Assembly (NCBI GenBank): GCA_010015805.1
Contig: ML978131.1
Location: 496,001-560,000, forward strand
Length of the DNA: 64,000 nt
Source: Rhizodiscina lignyota
Taxonomy: Eukaryota
Direction of reading: 5' to 3'
A model generated the notes under the pieces. That model was given only the letters and a program-made list of their open reading frames with translations. It had not been told where the DNA came from and did no database searches. The translations under genes and the position numbers were made by a program. Of this stretch, positions 36,684 to 49,956 are shown piece after piece (position 1 is the stretch's first letter; each line of letters begins with the position of its first letter).

Positions 36684-39600
36684 TCAGTAACCCCACTGTT
36701 GAAGCCAGATGTCCATCCATTCTGCAGTCACGCCCGGAAGTTCTGCCAGATACTTGCTCTGCTTTCGTGTCTGATCGGTTTCAAACAGCGGTTTCCGCGC
36801 TTTCTCACCACCTCCAGTAAGCCCGGTGTAGAAATCAAGGAGACTGAAAGCTGACAGACTCCTGCCGGCTCCTTTGCTATCATCATTCTCATACTTCTGC
36901 CGTAGCGCCTCGATCCACGTGTCGAACGGTACTGCTTGAACCTCTTTTTCTCCCAAGCTTTGACTCAAGCGAGCTTGGGCTACTGGAAGAAGCCTTTGCT
37001 CCCAAGGGACTGGGGAGGGATTGACGCAGTGGAATACCTTCCCGCCTTCTCCATCGTCGCTTGGCTGCAGTGCGAGTTCCACAATGATAGAGGAGAGAAT
37101 GTCAACAGGTATCCAGTCGACATACTCATTCGTGCCTAGTGTGCGAGGGAACAGAGCCAGTTGAGCCGATGCTTCGACAATCTAATTCAGGCCTCAACGT
37201 CCAGTTGCCAGAACAAACGAATGGGGTACTCACGCTTGGCAACCATTCTTTCCGATTCCACAATCCGGATTGACTTGTCTGCTTCACTGGTCCCGCAATC
37301 TGTCCCACCCGACATACGGTTGCGTTCACCCCAAGCTTATCACTAGACTCAAGGAGCAGTTTCTCGGCCACGAGTTTTGATTGCCCATATCCAGAGCTGG
37401 CGACATTATCCTCGAAGAAAGGAGCTTCAGGGATCGAGGACGCAATGGTAAGTTTATTTGCAATGCCGACCGAGGAAGTGAAGAAGACCTGGATGGTGTT
37501 CCCGAGACTGGATGCAGCAAGACAAAGGCTTATCAAGTTCTTGACCCCGCGAAGGTGTGTGCTGAATGATGTGAGAGCCAGGTTGAAGTCAACCTGCCAT
37601 TGTGTATCTGAATGACTGTAAGCAAAGTAATATCCAAACAAGGTGAAGTCGGACCACACGTACGGATTATTTGTGTTGCATTCTTCAAGAGATAAAGATA
37701 GTCCTTGTAATCTAGTCCTAGATTATCTTTCCAGAGCGTTGCTTGCCTGAAGAAAACTCTCCGATTATGAAAATCTGTGCGAAGGCCACGCTGGGCATTT
37801 GATGCTTTCTGTCTCGACTCGCTATCCGCAGACCTATTGAGACACCATATCTCTTCGACTGTGCCTGAGTTCATCAGATCGTTCAGAACATATGAACCGA
37901 GGGACCCAGTACTTCCGGTAAGAATGATGATATGGCCCTCCCTTCTCGACTGGATTTTGGCAACACCGTTTACTGTACGAGGAGGGTTGGGGAGTTCGGC
38001 GAATAGACTTTCAAATAGCTGCTGCACTGGAGAAGGTCCGGAGTGTCTATACGCGATGTGGCCATTTGAATGAGGTGCGGATACGAGTTGATACAACGTC
38101 CTTGACAAGAGGCTGATTGTGGGATTCTGGTAAATCAATGCTGTGCTCACAGCGGACCTTTCGCCATTGACGAGCACGAGTCCCTTCCGGAGATACTTCT
38201 GCAGCGTCAAGACTTGAAGCGAGTCAATCCCAGCAGCAGTGAAGAAGTCCGCATCTTCCGGAAGATTGACAATACCAGTGACCGACTCGAAAGCCTTCCG
38301 AACCCCATCACGGAAGGTCTGCTCGTCAGCCGAATTCAACTGAGGCACATCAGCATCAGTATCCGAAAAAGACGAGTCTGCCTGTGCATAGAGATCGTCG
38401 AGCTCTTTCTTGTACAATTCGAGAGTCGGTCCACGTCGTACAGTGCCTTTACTCGTTTTCGAAAACGGCTTGTCCGGGGTTGCGAATAAGATGTACTCCT
38501 TTAGGAGTTGGGCATGAGACGGAGCTGATATATTAGCGTCTTCAATCCACGGCCATAGTTCGTCGATGATGCGATGCCTTTCGATCGATATGTGGGGCGG
38601 GTTCCCTAAGAGCTCGACTAACAGCGAGGTCTGAAATCTACCCTGCCCAGAAACCACGACAGCTGAAACTGCGGGATGCGCAGCAATCGTCAGCTCCATA
38701 TTATGAGGTTGGACCTTCTCCCCATTGGAGAGTACGAGCACGTTATCGGCTCGGCCTTCGAACGTAAAGAGGTCTGGCTTCGTGGGATGTTTCGAAAACA
38801 AGTCCTTGAACGAATACTCTTGCTGGTCCGGGAAGGTCGAGAAGATCGGTTGCCACAACTCCAATTCAGGCCTTCGCACCGCGACGAGTTCGTAGAGGCC
38901 ACCGCCACGGTCTTGAAACTCCAACCCACCATATGGGTGGAAATGTATGTAGTTCCAGTCCTCTCGGTCAGTCTCGACACATGGTAACCATCCTGTTTCC
39001 GTTGTGCCGATGGATAGTACGAGCTTCGTATGTGGGATGATTCGATCGCCAGCTTCCTTGCTAACCGGCCCTAGTCATATTAGCACTGGAATAGAATTGC
39101 AGTAGGGGTTCCTCGTACCTCCGCCATACGCTATTGCATTTACATTTTCCAATATCTTCAGGAACTCCTCGTCTTGCGAAATATCCTGGACAATGGAAGG
39201 CGCTGTAAAGACAGCGTCGACCTTAGAGTGTATGATGACCTCCTTCATTATATCAAGAGTGACGGGACGCTCCGGACCCAGAACAACAGTCGTGCCGTAG
39301 AAAAGTGGCCACAACAAGCCATTAGATAGCCCGGCCGCGTGGAATAAGGGAAAAGTAAGATATGCTCGGCTGTCGAAATAGTCGTGAAGCAGTAGTGGTC
39401 GCCCATTGATTGCCGGTAATGCAGTATTCGCATCACTAGATGCGATGCTATCTAGATATCTGCGTACGGGCTTTGGGTTGCCTGTACTTCCACTTGTGTG
39501 GAGGATCCATGCTGGATCTCTTTTGCCTTCTTCCCAACTCTTGTCATATGGGTAATGACGAGATGGATTGTCGTTGAGAAAGTGCCCTATGTCAGGCAGG

Positions 39601-40140
39601 TCATACAATTGGAGGGGGACACGATCAAGGACTCTCTCGATGTTGGTGCCTCGAGAAGGCTTCAGCCAAATTTTGCAATCTGTTGCTTCGATCACCGCTA
39701 CATCGCCTTCCACGCTGTTACGTGGAGATATGTATAGAATCTACGCATTGGATCTTAGGCGATCGTAATCTGATATTCGGCTTTCGTTGATTTACCTTGT
39801 AGCCAGCCTTAATAGAAGCGATGACCAGAATGAAATATCGAAGATCACCTGTCCTGTGAGTGAGTAGAGACAAACGGATTGTCAGATCGCTAGTCAGCAT
39901 ACCTGGTCCCAAGTAACCGACTGTCGGAAACTCATCTGCTCTCCCCAAGGTCTCTTCGAACCACCACGCGGCACGATTTACCGCATCTGCAAATTGTCGA
40001 GTTGTGATTTTCGCAAACGGAACCGTAACATCATTCTTAACTGGAACTTCATACAGCACACGATGCGGCTGTTCGTCTGCCAATTCATCTAGAACGTGCG
40101 GAAGTAGCCTCCTACCGGTGTCACTTCGTTGCTTTCGCAT
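36684..40140 (-). CDS. NRPS-like A-T-R enzyme (fungal carboxylic acid reductase type)
   Basis: Adenylation motifs ILHTSGSTGNPKP and FEGRADNVLVLSNGEK. Carrier motif FFTAAGIDSL. Terminal reductase ILTGSTGSLG and GYGQSK. About 5 introns. The start may instead be the ATG at 40219 with a 49-nt intron. Confidence 0.92.
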
Positions 40141-41181
40141 GTCTGGAATATTGCGGTGGTGGTTGCTCGTATGGCACGTCTGGGCCCTCACAGAGGGCTC
40201 CAAGGTGAAGGGCGGCCATAGTCAAGTACATCCTTCGACCTGTCCGGCCTACGCTTCCGTCTCAACGGATTCGTCGGCGGATTGATGCAAGCGATACTGA
40301 CCAGAACGCGGTACGCGACGAGGAGGTCGCCAAAAAGATGCTGCAGGGGTTAGACGCTATCCCGGGAAACACGCTCGGTGGTGACACAAAAGTTGAGCCG
40401 TAGCTACAGTACTAGCTCCAATACACTGGCATTCAAGGATGTCTGCACTCGTCAACCAATAAAGATTGTGGCTGTCAATTTGTACACTTCCAACAAACAC
40501 TGTCTGAAGTATATCCAATTAAGCCTCCAGAGATGCTATCGCTGGCGCTGAAGAAGAGAGCTCATTTCTTTCGATGAATCTACTCTATCGTAAATGGCTC
40601 GGGGCTCGACTATTCTGCCACCGTCGAGCCACGCTTTACTACTATTGTCATCGCCGAAAAACAACGCCGCTAGCCTGTCCTAAGCTCCGCTCCATATCTA
40701 CGTCTTCCCTTCCTGTTCATCACGCAATTCTCCGTCAATCTCACGAATCTTCCTTCATTGCGTGAACCCTCCGATTACTACTCAGCATGCGGTGTTATGC
40801 TCCAACATAGCTTAGGAGCAGGGTCTCTATTCTCCTCCCGCCACGCGATGTCGCGTCTAATGTATTCCGGTCGCCTTACCTTGCTTTAGCGATGAAGTAT
40901 CTAACACATGCTCCCATTCTATGGCTCGGATATGTCAAAATAGGAACAGCGTATTCGTTGATTCTGCGAACGGTTGTCTCGAGCTCCATGCTTGGCTTAG
41001 AGCCGTGATAGTTCAATGACAGCCTGGGCGATTGTTGATTGATGCTTGAATCAGTCATATATCAGCTTCTCTGTTTTCTCATTGAGTACAGATCTTCTTT
41101 TATTTCTACTCGTCTTACTCTACAAAACATCCACCATCCGCGGGTTTACTCCATCTAATCAGTGTTTCTTTTATTTTCGCT

Positions 41182-43179
41182 ATGGGACTCTGGGTTTTGG
41201 AACCAGCGTCAGACGAGCCAGTGCCAGGCACCGTTCATCTTCAGCGCGAGCACGAGAAACGAATCATAAATACCGACCATCTCAAACATGGAAAAGGAAG
41301 ACATGCCAATCTGGTCCTCGTACCTCAGCCGTCCGACTCGCCCAATGATCCCCTAAGTAATATTCATTATCTTGACGCTGAGCCCATCAAATCAAGTATT
41401 CTAACGTATCCAACAGACTGGTCACAAGCGGCGAAATGGTATCAGGCAATCTTTCTCAGCATGGGCACTGGTTTGATGGCTGGAACACATAATTTCGTCA
41501 ATCCCGCCAACGCTCTCATGGCGAAGCTCTTCCACACGAGCATATCGACGATATCTCGCAGCGTTAGTATCGTCCTGCTCACTCTCGGCGCCAGCGCAGT
41601 AGCAACCTCTCCGGCCGCGCGTATATGGGGAAAACGCCCTGGTGAGCGAAAATCTCATCTCTGGATGATCGATCATCCAGTTCGCAGTCGCTAATTCTGA
41701 TGTAGTCTTCTTGGTCAGCAACCTAATCGCAATCCTTGGCTATGGGATTGTCATTTCAGACACCAAAAGCCTTGTCTCTCTTTATGTTGGAAGAGCTATA
41801 CACGGGCTCGGCATAGCCGCACTCGAGTACCTTGTCAGTTCAAGTGTTGGCGATCTTTTCTTCGTTCACGAACGAGGTATGCATTTAGCAATATGGCACT
41901 ATGCGTTGTCAGGTGGAAACTCGATTGGTCAAGTCATTGCTACCCAAATCGTAGCCGCACAGGGCTGGCCCTGGGCGTTCAAATACGCGTAAGTTCTCAT
42001 ACAATTTGTGGATTTCACATGCTAAATTGGAACTCCCAGCATGATCATTTTTGCCGCTTATACGGTCATCCTCTTTTTCACGTGCCCTGAAACGACTTAT
42101 AACCGTCCGGCACAGCTCAATACCGACATTAAAGAGCTTCTGGAAGACAGCAGTGTCGAAAGTATTCACGACGAGAAAGGCGATGAGATTGCAAGCCTTG
42201 ATACGGCACATGTAACGACAATAGCAGCAGATCTCAAATCTCAGCCGCATGCTGTCGAACTCGAGTCAAGGTCGCCCGTTTATGAGAGAAAGAAGACGTA
42301 CTGGCAATCCCTGAGAGTATACAACGGTCGTTTTAGCGACGAGTCCCTTCTCCGTGCATTCATCACTCCGTGGAGCGCTTACCTTTTACCGGCAGGTGAG
42401 AAATCTCGCACATTAACATTAGTAGCATACTGACACGGTGTTTTAGTATCATGGACAGCTTATTCGTACGGCTGTTCTGTAGCATTTGCCGCATCGTTCT
42501 CAGTCGCCTTGGCGCAAGTGTTTGCAAAGCCTCCGTATTATTTCACTACCTCGCAAGTCGGGCTGACGGTTCTGTCTGCCTTCGTGGGTGCAACGTTAGG
42601 CAACATCTTCCCTGGTCCGTTTTCTGACTGGCTGGTCAAATACATGTCTCGCAAGAATAACGGCATCTACGAGCCAGAATTTCGCATCCCTTTAACAGTG
42701 CCATCGTTCGTCCTTGGCTTGATGGGGTTCTGGGGATTTGGCTGGTCACTTGACGCCAAGGCACATTGGATAGCCCCAGTATTCTTCTTCGGTCTAGCCA
42801 CGTTCGCTGGGTCGATTCAGTCACTGATATCGAACGCTTACTTGCTCGACTGCCACCGCGCTCATGCTCAGGATGGGTATGCTGCTGTAACCATCTGTCG
42901 TGGGCTCTTTTCTTTCTTGATTACAATGGTCATTAATGACTGGATCAGTAAGGAGGGTGTCAAGGACGTTTACTTCTGGATTGGGATGCTGCACGGAATC
43001 AGCTGTCTTTGGGGGATGGTATTGTATGTTTATGGCAAAAGGGTAAGTGTGCTCGAGTGTTCAGACACTTCATCTCACACTACTTCGGAATCATGCTAAC
43101 AGACTGTTATCAGATCCGCTTAGCGGTGTCGAAGGGATGGATTCAGAGTCGGTTAGGATCAGCGAGAGAATTGAAATAG
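41182..43179 (+). CDS. MFS transporter (HOL1/DHA1-like)
   Basis: LVPQPSDSPNDPL|DWS, WGKRP, GDLFFVHERG, FTCPETTY and NNGIYEPEFR motifs. About 5 introns. Confidence 0.9.
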
Positions 43180-43871
43180 CAGCCATGACCATCCGGATTA
43201 TGCAGATTGGCAGGATACAGGGTGTGGCGCTAGCGAATATTTAGTTGAATTTAGAAATTAATATTTTCGCTCCTGGATATAATGATCAGAGCTAACCACT
43301 TACGGCATTAGTATTTTGGTACTATATAGTAGAATACTTAGTAAGCAGGCGCTACGCGCGGGACCTTTGATTTCTACGCGTCTGTGATCAAACTCTCTAT
43401 CCACAACCAAAATACTACTCCTTACTATCTACAGACACACTGTGCCTAGTGAAGCGTGCAGTAACGGCAGCGGTGGAGCTGCTCCATTTCATTGTATAGC
43501 GCTGGTCACGATAAGCGCACGCCCGAGCTGTACGCGTTAGATACGCTTAATCAATCGGCCACTCATAGTTTGGGGCAAGAAAGTGAAGTATGAATCTCCA
43601 TCTAACGAATTGGAATTTTCACCATGTCCTTTTCCTTGACTGCCGTATCTAGGCTATGATTCAGTGCAAGGATTCTCGCTGCATTGCTTCCATGTGGAGT
43701 ATTAGCGGCGATGGTGCAATACCTGCCTGTTCTGTGGTCATGACCACGGCCTTGGGTTATCTCTCTGAACCACTCTTTCCGCTTTCCATTCAAGCCCCAA
43801 TCGAAGGGACAGCTGCTAGTCTTCTCCGAAATACATTGTCATAAGGAGAATGTGCTTGAAAAGTGAAAAAC

Positions 43872-46716
43872 ATGAGTTTGCTTGATATCAGTCTCGTGGA
43901 TCCATCTTCTTTTGGCAAGAAACGGAAGCGAACAATCGCAGCTTGCGTGAGATGCCATGAAAGAAAGGTGAAGTGCGATGCCAGTATGTCAACAATCTCC
44001 CTTCGGCGATGTCTGCTTACGGAAATGCAGGAAGCTTATCGAAAGGGGAGTCCTGCAATGTACGTGGGTAGAGGCCTTAGTTTTATGATATCTCTGCGGA
44101 ATACTGAATCACTCTGATCAGAATTGTTTAACGGCTGGTGAGATCTGCCGGTAGGCGACAGTTTCGATGGTTACCTTGAAATGGCCTAATCTTCGTAGGA
44201 GTCATCTTGACGGACGGCTTCGAACGAACGGCCGAAGCAATGGAAGACCGAGGTACGAACACTTTATTAATAGCTTATGCTGCTTGTAATCTAATATGAA
44301 GCAGCATTTCACAAGCCGAGGATGCTGCCAGCAATACTGAGTCTGGTTCTGCATCGTCGTCCTCTGCCGTAAATTATCTAGCTTCAGGCGAAAGGGCAAC
44401 ACCTGTCTCTAACGACCAAACATCGAACCTCATTCATGCTCCAGATATTCCGGCGGGAACTACGAACGGTTACCCTCAACTCTCACAGACTGGCCAGAAT
44501 GGGCTGCTTTCCGCGGAAGTGTCAACTGACATTGCAGTTCCAAGTACGGCTGCACCAGTCCATCGCTTTCAATCGTACATTGAGGACAGTCTTGGGTCTT
44601 ACGCGCCTCGATTCCGTGCCGAAAATTCGTTATTAGAACCTCACAATCACTTCGATGTCGCCACTGGTCCACAAGGCCTCCCCTTTGAAGATTCTCATTA
44701 TCCAATAGAGATTGATATGGGTTCCCGCTCTACAATAGACTTGGAACAACAAGTGACGAATCTGGACTCGGCCGACATGGATTATCTCCGCGCAAAAGGT
44801 GCGCACACTGTCTTCATTCGTTTGATCTTTGACCCTAATGCACACAGGCGCATTCGAACTCCCTCCGTACAATTTGCAGGAAGATCTAGTACAGGCGTAT
44901 TTCGCAGAAGTCAATCCCGTGGCACCTATCATCAATCGGACAAAGTTTCTGAACGAATTCCACAATCACTGTGTTAGCAGTAGGCTCCTGCTTTTTGCTG
45001 TATTCACAGCTGGGTGCAAAGCGTGCCGAAACCCTCTGCTACTAGACCATAAGGGCACTAATCATCAGAGTGCTCGACGCTTCTACAAAGTTACCAAAGC
45101 ACTACTGGATACTGGATACGAACAGGATAAGGTCGCCCGAATCCAAGCACTTTTACTCATCACGTGGTGGTGGGATAAGAAGGTAAGTTTTGCGTTAGAG
45201 CAAAAGTGAAATTGGAACTATGTTAACCTGCTCCACCTAAATTCAGGACGATGGTGGTCGAAACATGAGGGCATGTGCTGTTGATGCAATCAACACCGCA
45301 CAAAGTATCGGAATGCACAGATGGGATCAGTATCCGCGATCAGATCCTGTCCTCCGAGGTCTATGGAAGAGAGTTTGGTGGACTTGTTTTATGCGCGACG
45401 TCGGTGTCGCGACTTCACATGGCCTTCCGTGCATTATCAGCCTATCCGAATTTGATGTACACTTTCTAGTAGCTGAAGATTTCTCCGAGGAGCCCCACGT
45501 GCCACCGGATCAGCAACAGTATCCGTATTCAAACGCAGAGATCTCCTTCTTCATAGAGCAAGCAAAGATCATGGAAATGCTACATCTCATCCAAAGCGAA
45601 CATATCACAAGATTCAGACTCCACAGCAACACAATCGGACCAATTGCGGACCGGCAAAGCGGTGGCACAGAAATGGAATATCCTCCAGGAGTCAAGAATA
45701 TTCGACTCGACTACGAGGACGACTATCACGATCAAAGCCTCAAACTTCTCAAGCAATGGTTTGAGACGGTTCCGGAAGCGGTCCGATATGATGTAGATGA
45801 CATCCAAGGCCACCGTTTCTGGCCCGCCTTCCTTCACATCTTGTACTTGTAAGTAATACCTGGGCCTTTTGAATCAATATCTGATTAGTTCAGCACCGCC
45901 ATTTGCATCCGATTCCGTGAAAGAGCTGTATCTCGGCCTACAGATGCTCGAGCTAGGGCGGAGAGGCAATACTGTCAGTCCCGAGGCATTGCCGCGGCGA
46001 GTATGATATTCAAGATCCTCCGCAACGTTAGGGCTCATGGACATATTTACCGCTGTACAGGACTGCTGTAAGACAAGCCATAAACTCTAACAGGCTTAGA
46101 AGCTAATTGTTGCCGTGTCATTGCAGTACTCAATCGGTCTTCAATTGCTTAATCTTCTTCCTCATTGAAGGCCAGTCACTCAATGAAGAAGTGAGAAAGG
46201 ATGCACGCAACAAATACTCGTTGTGTTTAAACGTTCTCTATGAGTTCAGCCAGCTTTGGGTGAGCGCGTCTCTTATTCATAGACTGTTCGAATCCCTCCA
46301 GGGGAGTATGCAGTTTCGAAAAGAACGCCCTCATTCTATATACTTCGACCAATGGCTCCCTCCCGTTCCTGGTCTTCATGTTTCGAGCGACATCACGAAC
46401 CAAAAGATGAGAGAGTGAGTATCTATTAATGTTGAAATTAAGCGAAATTGCTGATGTAGATGTAGGCTTCTAGCAACAGAATTCTATTATGCACCAAGTA
46501 GTACAGACGTTACCGGTTTTGAGCAGTCATCCAACAGCATTAGCACAGGCTTTACTCCCAATTTCTCATTCCCTATGGATGACACTTCACCGCACTATTC
46601 TCAAGGGTTTCCAGAAAACCTGGACGTGGAGCAATGGTACGATTTACGTGGAATCAGAGGTGTGTACAGGGCTGACACTTGATAGGTGTAATTTCTTTGA
46701 CCTGGGGGAGCTATAG
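43872..46716 (+). CDS. Zn(II)2Cys6 transcription factor with fungal-specific TF domain (probable cluster regulator)
   Basis: The spliced Zn cluster CVRCHERKVKCDARSLSKGESCNNCLTAGEIC spans three exons (introns 43984-44030 and 44060-44121). Middle domain AQSIGMHR...WKRVWWTCFMRD. Confidence 0.88.
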
Positions 46717-46945
46717 ACGCTCTAGACCTCCAGGTTCGGCGTCTTGGGTTGCCGGGCAGACCCGAATGACAATCTGCGGCTCTTTTCTGCCGATATGATG
46801 CCCTTTCTGGCTTCACCGACATCGCGCTAACCACTATTCCATGCCTCGGCATATAAACAATCTCACGTCTTTGATGCTTGGCCTTGATGGCCACAGAAAC
46901 TGATTGAAACACTTCGCCCAGATTCTCCGATTTCTCAAATTGATC

Positions 46946-48091
46946 ATGGAAGCATCGCATCTCTTCTCTCCCCTTGGAGTGGGAAAATGTACACTTCAGC
47001 ACCGCGTTGTCATGGCCCCAATGACCCGGCGACGGGCCTTGGATGGGTTTGTCCCGAACGATCTGATGCGACAATACTATGAGCAAAGAGCCTCTACACC
47101 GGGAACGCTGCTCATCACCGAGGCCACGGCTGTGTCCCCTCGCTCCGCTTCACTTCCACATACACCTGGATTATGGACCGCAGAACAGATCGAAGGATGG
47201 AAGCAGGTCACATCTGCTGTTCATGCACGCGGTTCATTTATCTACGTACAAGTATGGATGTGTGGGCGGGCTGCGAGGCCAGGAGCTGTAAAGCGTGGTG
47301 CGGAGGTCATATCTCCGAGCGATGTATCGATTGGAGAAGGACATCCACAGCCACGGCAACTTTCCGAGGATGAGATCCAGCAGTGCATTGAAGAGTTCCG
47401 GCAAGGAGCAATCAATGCGATAGAAGCAGGCTTCGACGGGGTCGAACTTCACGGAGCAAATGGTTATATCATTGATCAGTTTACGCAGGACGTATCAAAC
47501 CACCGAGACGATAAATGGGGCGGCAGTACTGAGAATAGAGCAAGGTTTGGATTCGAAGTTGCAAAGGCCGTTGCCAACGCTATTGGCTCCGATCGCGTCG
47601 CCTACCGCGTCAGTCCCTGGAGCCGACATCACGGCATGAGGATGGAAGACCCAATACCGCAATTTACCTATCTGGTCAAGGAACTGCGGAAGCTTCAGTT
47701 GTCGTATCTGCATATCGTCGAAGCTCGCGTACAAGGCAATGCAGATACCACAGGAACAGAGTCAATTGATTTTCTGATCGATGCTTGGGATAATATCAGC
47801 CCGGTCGTTGTTGCCGGAGGTTACAACTCCAACACAGCAAGAGAAGTCGTAGACGAAAACCATGCCAAAGGAAGAGACGTGTTGGTGGCATTTGGCCGAC
47901 CTTTTGTTTCAAATCCGGATCTGCCGCTTAGGATCAAGGACTATCTGCCGATTGCAAAGCACAACCGCGAATTGTTCTACGAGGTGCTGAAGCCTGAAGG
48001 CTATATCGACTACTCGTTTTATTCAGTACAGGCCCCCCATCCAGCGTTGGATAGAGATATTCGTAGAGAGGGTATCGCAGTCGCGGCGTAG
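46946..48091 (+). CDS. Old yellow enzyme (NADH:flavin oxidoreductase / ene-reductase)
   Basis: HRVVMAPMTR, YYEQRAS, LITEAT and AGFDGVELHGANGYIIDQF (catalytic HxxNxY). Intronless. Confidence 0.95.
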   Translation: MEASHLFSPLGVGKCTLQHRVVMAPMTRRRALDGFVPNDLMRQYYEQRASTPGTLLITEATAVSPRSASLPHTPGLWTAEQIEGWKQVTSAVHARGSFIYVQVWMCGRAARPGAVKRGAEVISPSDVSIGEGHPQPRQLSEDEIQQCIEEFRQGAINAIEAGFDGVELHGANGYIIDQFTQDVSNHRDDKWGGSTENRARFGFEVAKAVANAIGSDRVAYRVSPWSRHHGMRMEDPIPQFTYLVKELRKLQLSYLHIVEARVQGNADTTGTESIDFLIDAWDNISPVVVAGGYNSNTAREVVDENHAKGRDVLVAFGRPFVSNPDLPLRIKDYLPIAKHNRELFYEVLKPEGYIDYSFYSVQAPHPALDRDIRREGIAVAA

Positions 48092-48486
48092 GGCGCATAT
48101 CCTGTCCAATCAACAACAAGCTCTTCTTCGATTGCGTGATTCTCTTTGAATTTCAAATCGACTGCCTAGATTGCCGAATATCCACTCTGTGAATGTTTAG
48201 CCTTCCATACTTTGGAGAATTGTAGTTCGGCATCAAGCATGCGAAACTCTGGAACAACCACACGCCATCCAAGCTATTCCCTTTTTGACATCACCGAGAA
48301 TCACTGTCATTGGAAGACGAGACCCAGATATGCCTTCTGCATGTCCTAGTCATGCAGCTTGCCCTGCATTGGTTGCGGGGCGGGTTCCAACCCCTTGGTT
48401 ACTGAGTCTGGGATTCGGACACAAAAGTCATACAGCTTTGCATCGAGATTAATCAATCTGTCAATTCACTGCAATTTATTTTCCAA

Positions 48487-49380
48487 ATGTCAGAGAATAC
48501 TGGTGCCTCGAGATCGATAACAAGATCAGATCTTGTTAGGGCATCTTCGTCTCCTGACATCCGCCTCTTCTATACTATCGATTCTCCCTTACACAAAGCC
48601 GAAAAGACTCCCATAATACTGTTATCGAACTCCTTGGCCGCATCGACTCCACTCTGGAACGAATTCGTGGAAGCATTTGCCAATGAGTACACAATCGTCC
48701 GGTATGATGCACGATTCCACGGACAGTCTCCTCTGTCATCAACAAAGGATTACGACTATGAGCGCGGCCATACAATCGATGATTTGGCCGAAGATGTCAT
48801 CAAGCTCCTCGATGGCTTAAACATTCAAAGAGTCGACGCATTCATAGGCCTTAGCATAGGCGCTGCAGTAGGCGTTGCTCTCGCAGCAAAATATCCTGAG
48901 CGCTTCGATAGTTTCGTGATTGTAGGCACAAGGGCAAACGCCAAAGATGGAGATAACGCAGGGTACGATGCGAGGATAAAGTACGGCCGAGAGAATAGCA
49001 GCAGAGCACTTGGACAGCAGAGTGTCCAACGATGGTTTGGGGAACAGTGGATTCAGCATCATCCGGATAAAGCGTTATTCCTCTTAGATGTTGTCGGTGG
49101 CCAGTCTATCGAGGGCTTTGTTGCCAGCGTCCAAGCGCTGAGGAAGTTGGATCTATGGCCAGCTGCGGAAGAGATTAGCAAGAGGAGTGAGGGCAATAAA
49201 TTGTTGTTTGTCGTTGGAGCGGAGGACGCAGATCCAGTAGTGGAAGATACCAAGGCATTGGCTGAACGGACCGGCTCTGAGGCAGTGGTTGTCGAAGATG
49301 CAGGCCACATGGTCAATGTGCAAGCGCCGGAGCAATTCCATGATATTGTGAGGCGTAGAATAGAGCAAACCATCTCCTAA
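48487..49380 (+). CDS. Alpha/beta hydrolase, 3-oxoadipate enol-lactonase (PcaD)-like
   Basis: LSNSLAA, YDARFHGQS, nucleophile GLSIG, RWF, VGAED (acid) and AGHMVN (His). Intronless. Confidence 0.82.
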   Translation: MSENTGASRSITRSDLVRASSSPDIRLFYTIDSPLHKAEKTPIILLSNSLAASTPLWNEFVEAFANEYTIVRYDARFHGQSPLSSTKDYDYERGHTIDDLAEDVIKLLDGLNIQRVDAFIGLSIGAAVGVALAAKYPERFDSFVIVGTRANAKDGDNAGYDARIKYGRENSSRALGQQSVQRWFGEQWIQHHPDKALFLLDVVGGQSIEGFVASVQALRKLDLWPAAEEISKRSEGNKLLFVVGAEDADPVVEDTKALAERTGSEAVVVEDAGHMVNVQAPEQFHDIVRRRIEQTIS

Positions 49381-49956
49381 GCTGTATGCGTGACGCACTG
49401 ATCTTGATCTCTCAAAGTCATTTTAACGCATTGTGGAGGAGAGAACATGTAGCTGAGATGATGGTGAACGCGGCGCGCGAGTCATGTCAACCACATGGCG
49501 TGCTTCCACCTTCTTCTCACGACAACCTCATCCTTCTCTACAGCCTCGTATGCTGATCGCGTGGATCTCAACTTCCGAACTTATCTGCATGCCGTACGCG
49601 TCTCTCTAGGATATCGACATCGCTCGGAGATGCTCTTTTAGACCGTGGCCGCCTCTAACTCAATCGTTCGGAGCTCTTGGCTATCGCCGTTCCGCTCGCC
49701 AGGCCGGACCAAAGCCTCCCGGAATTTCCATAGCTCTAGCAATGGATAGCTCGGCAGATGTACTAGAATGGGGTCTGCAGGAAGCTCTTGCGAGATGCTG
49801 CGTAGTAGGTTTACTGATTGAGAAACAATCCGTTCTCAGTTTCTCCTCTCATATAAGCTCTCTCGAGATTGTCCCGTCAAGTTCTTTTTCTATGCTTCAA
49901 CTGACCTTCCACATAAAATACTATTTTCCTGCTCACAGCTGCAGCGGGAAAGCAAG

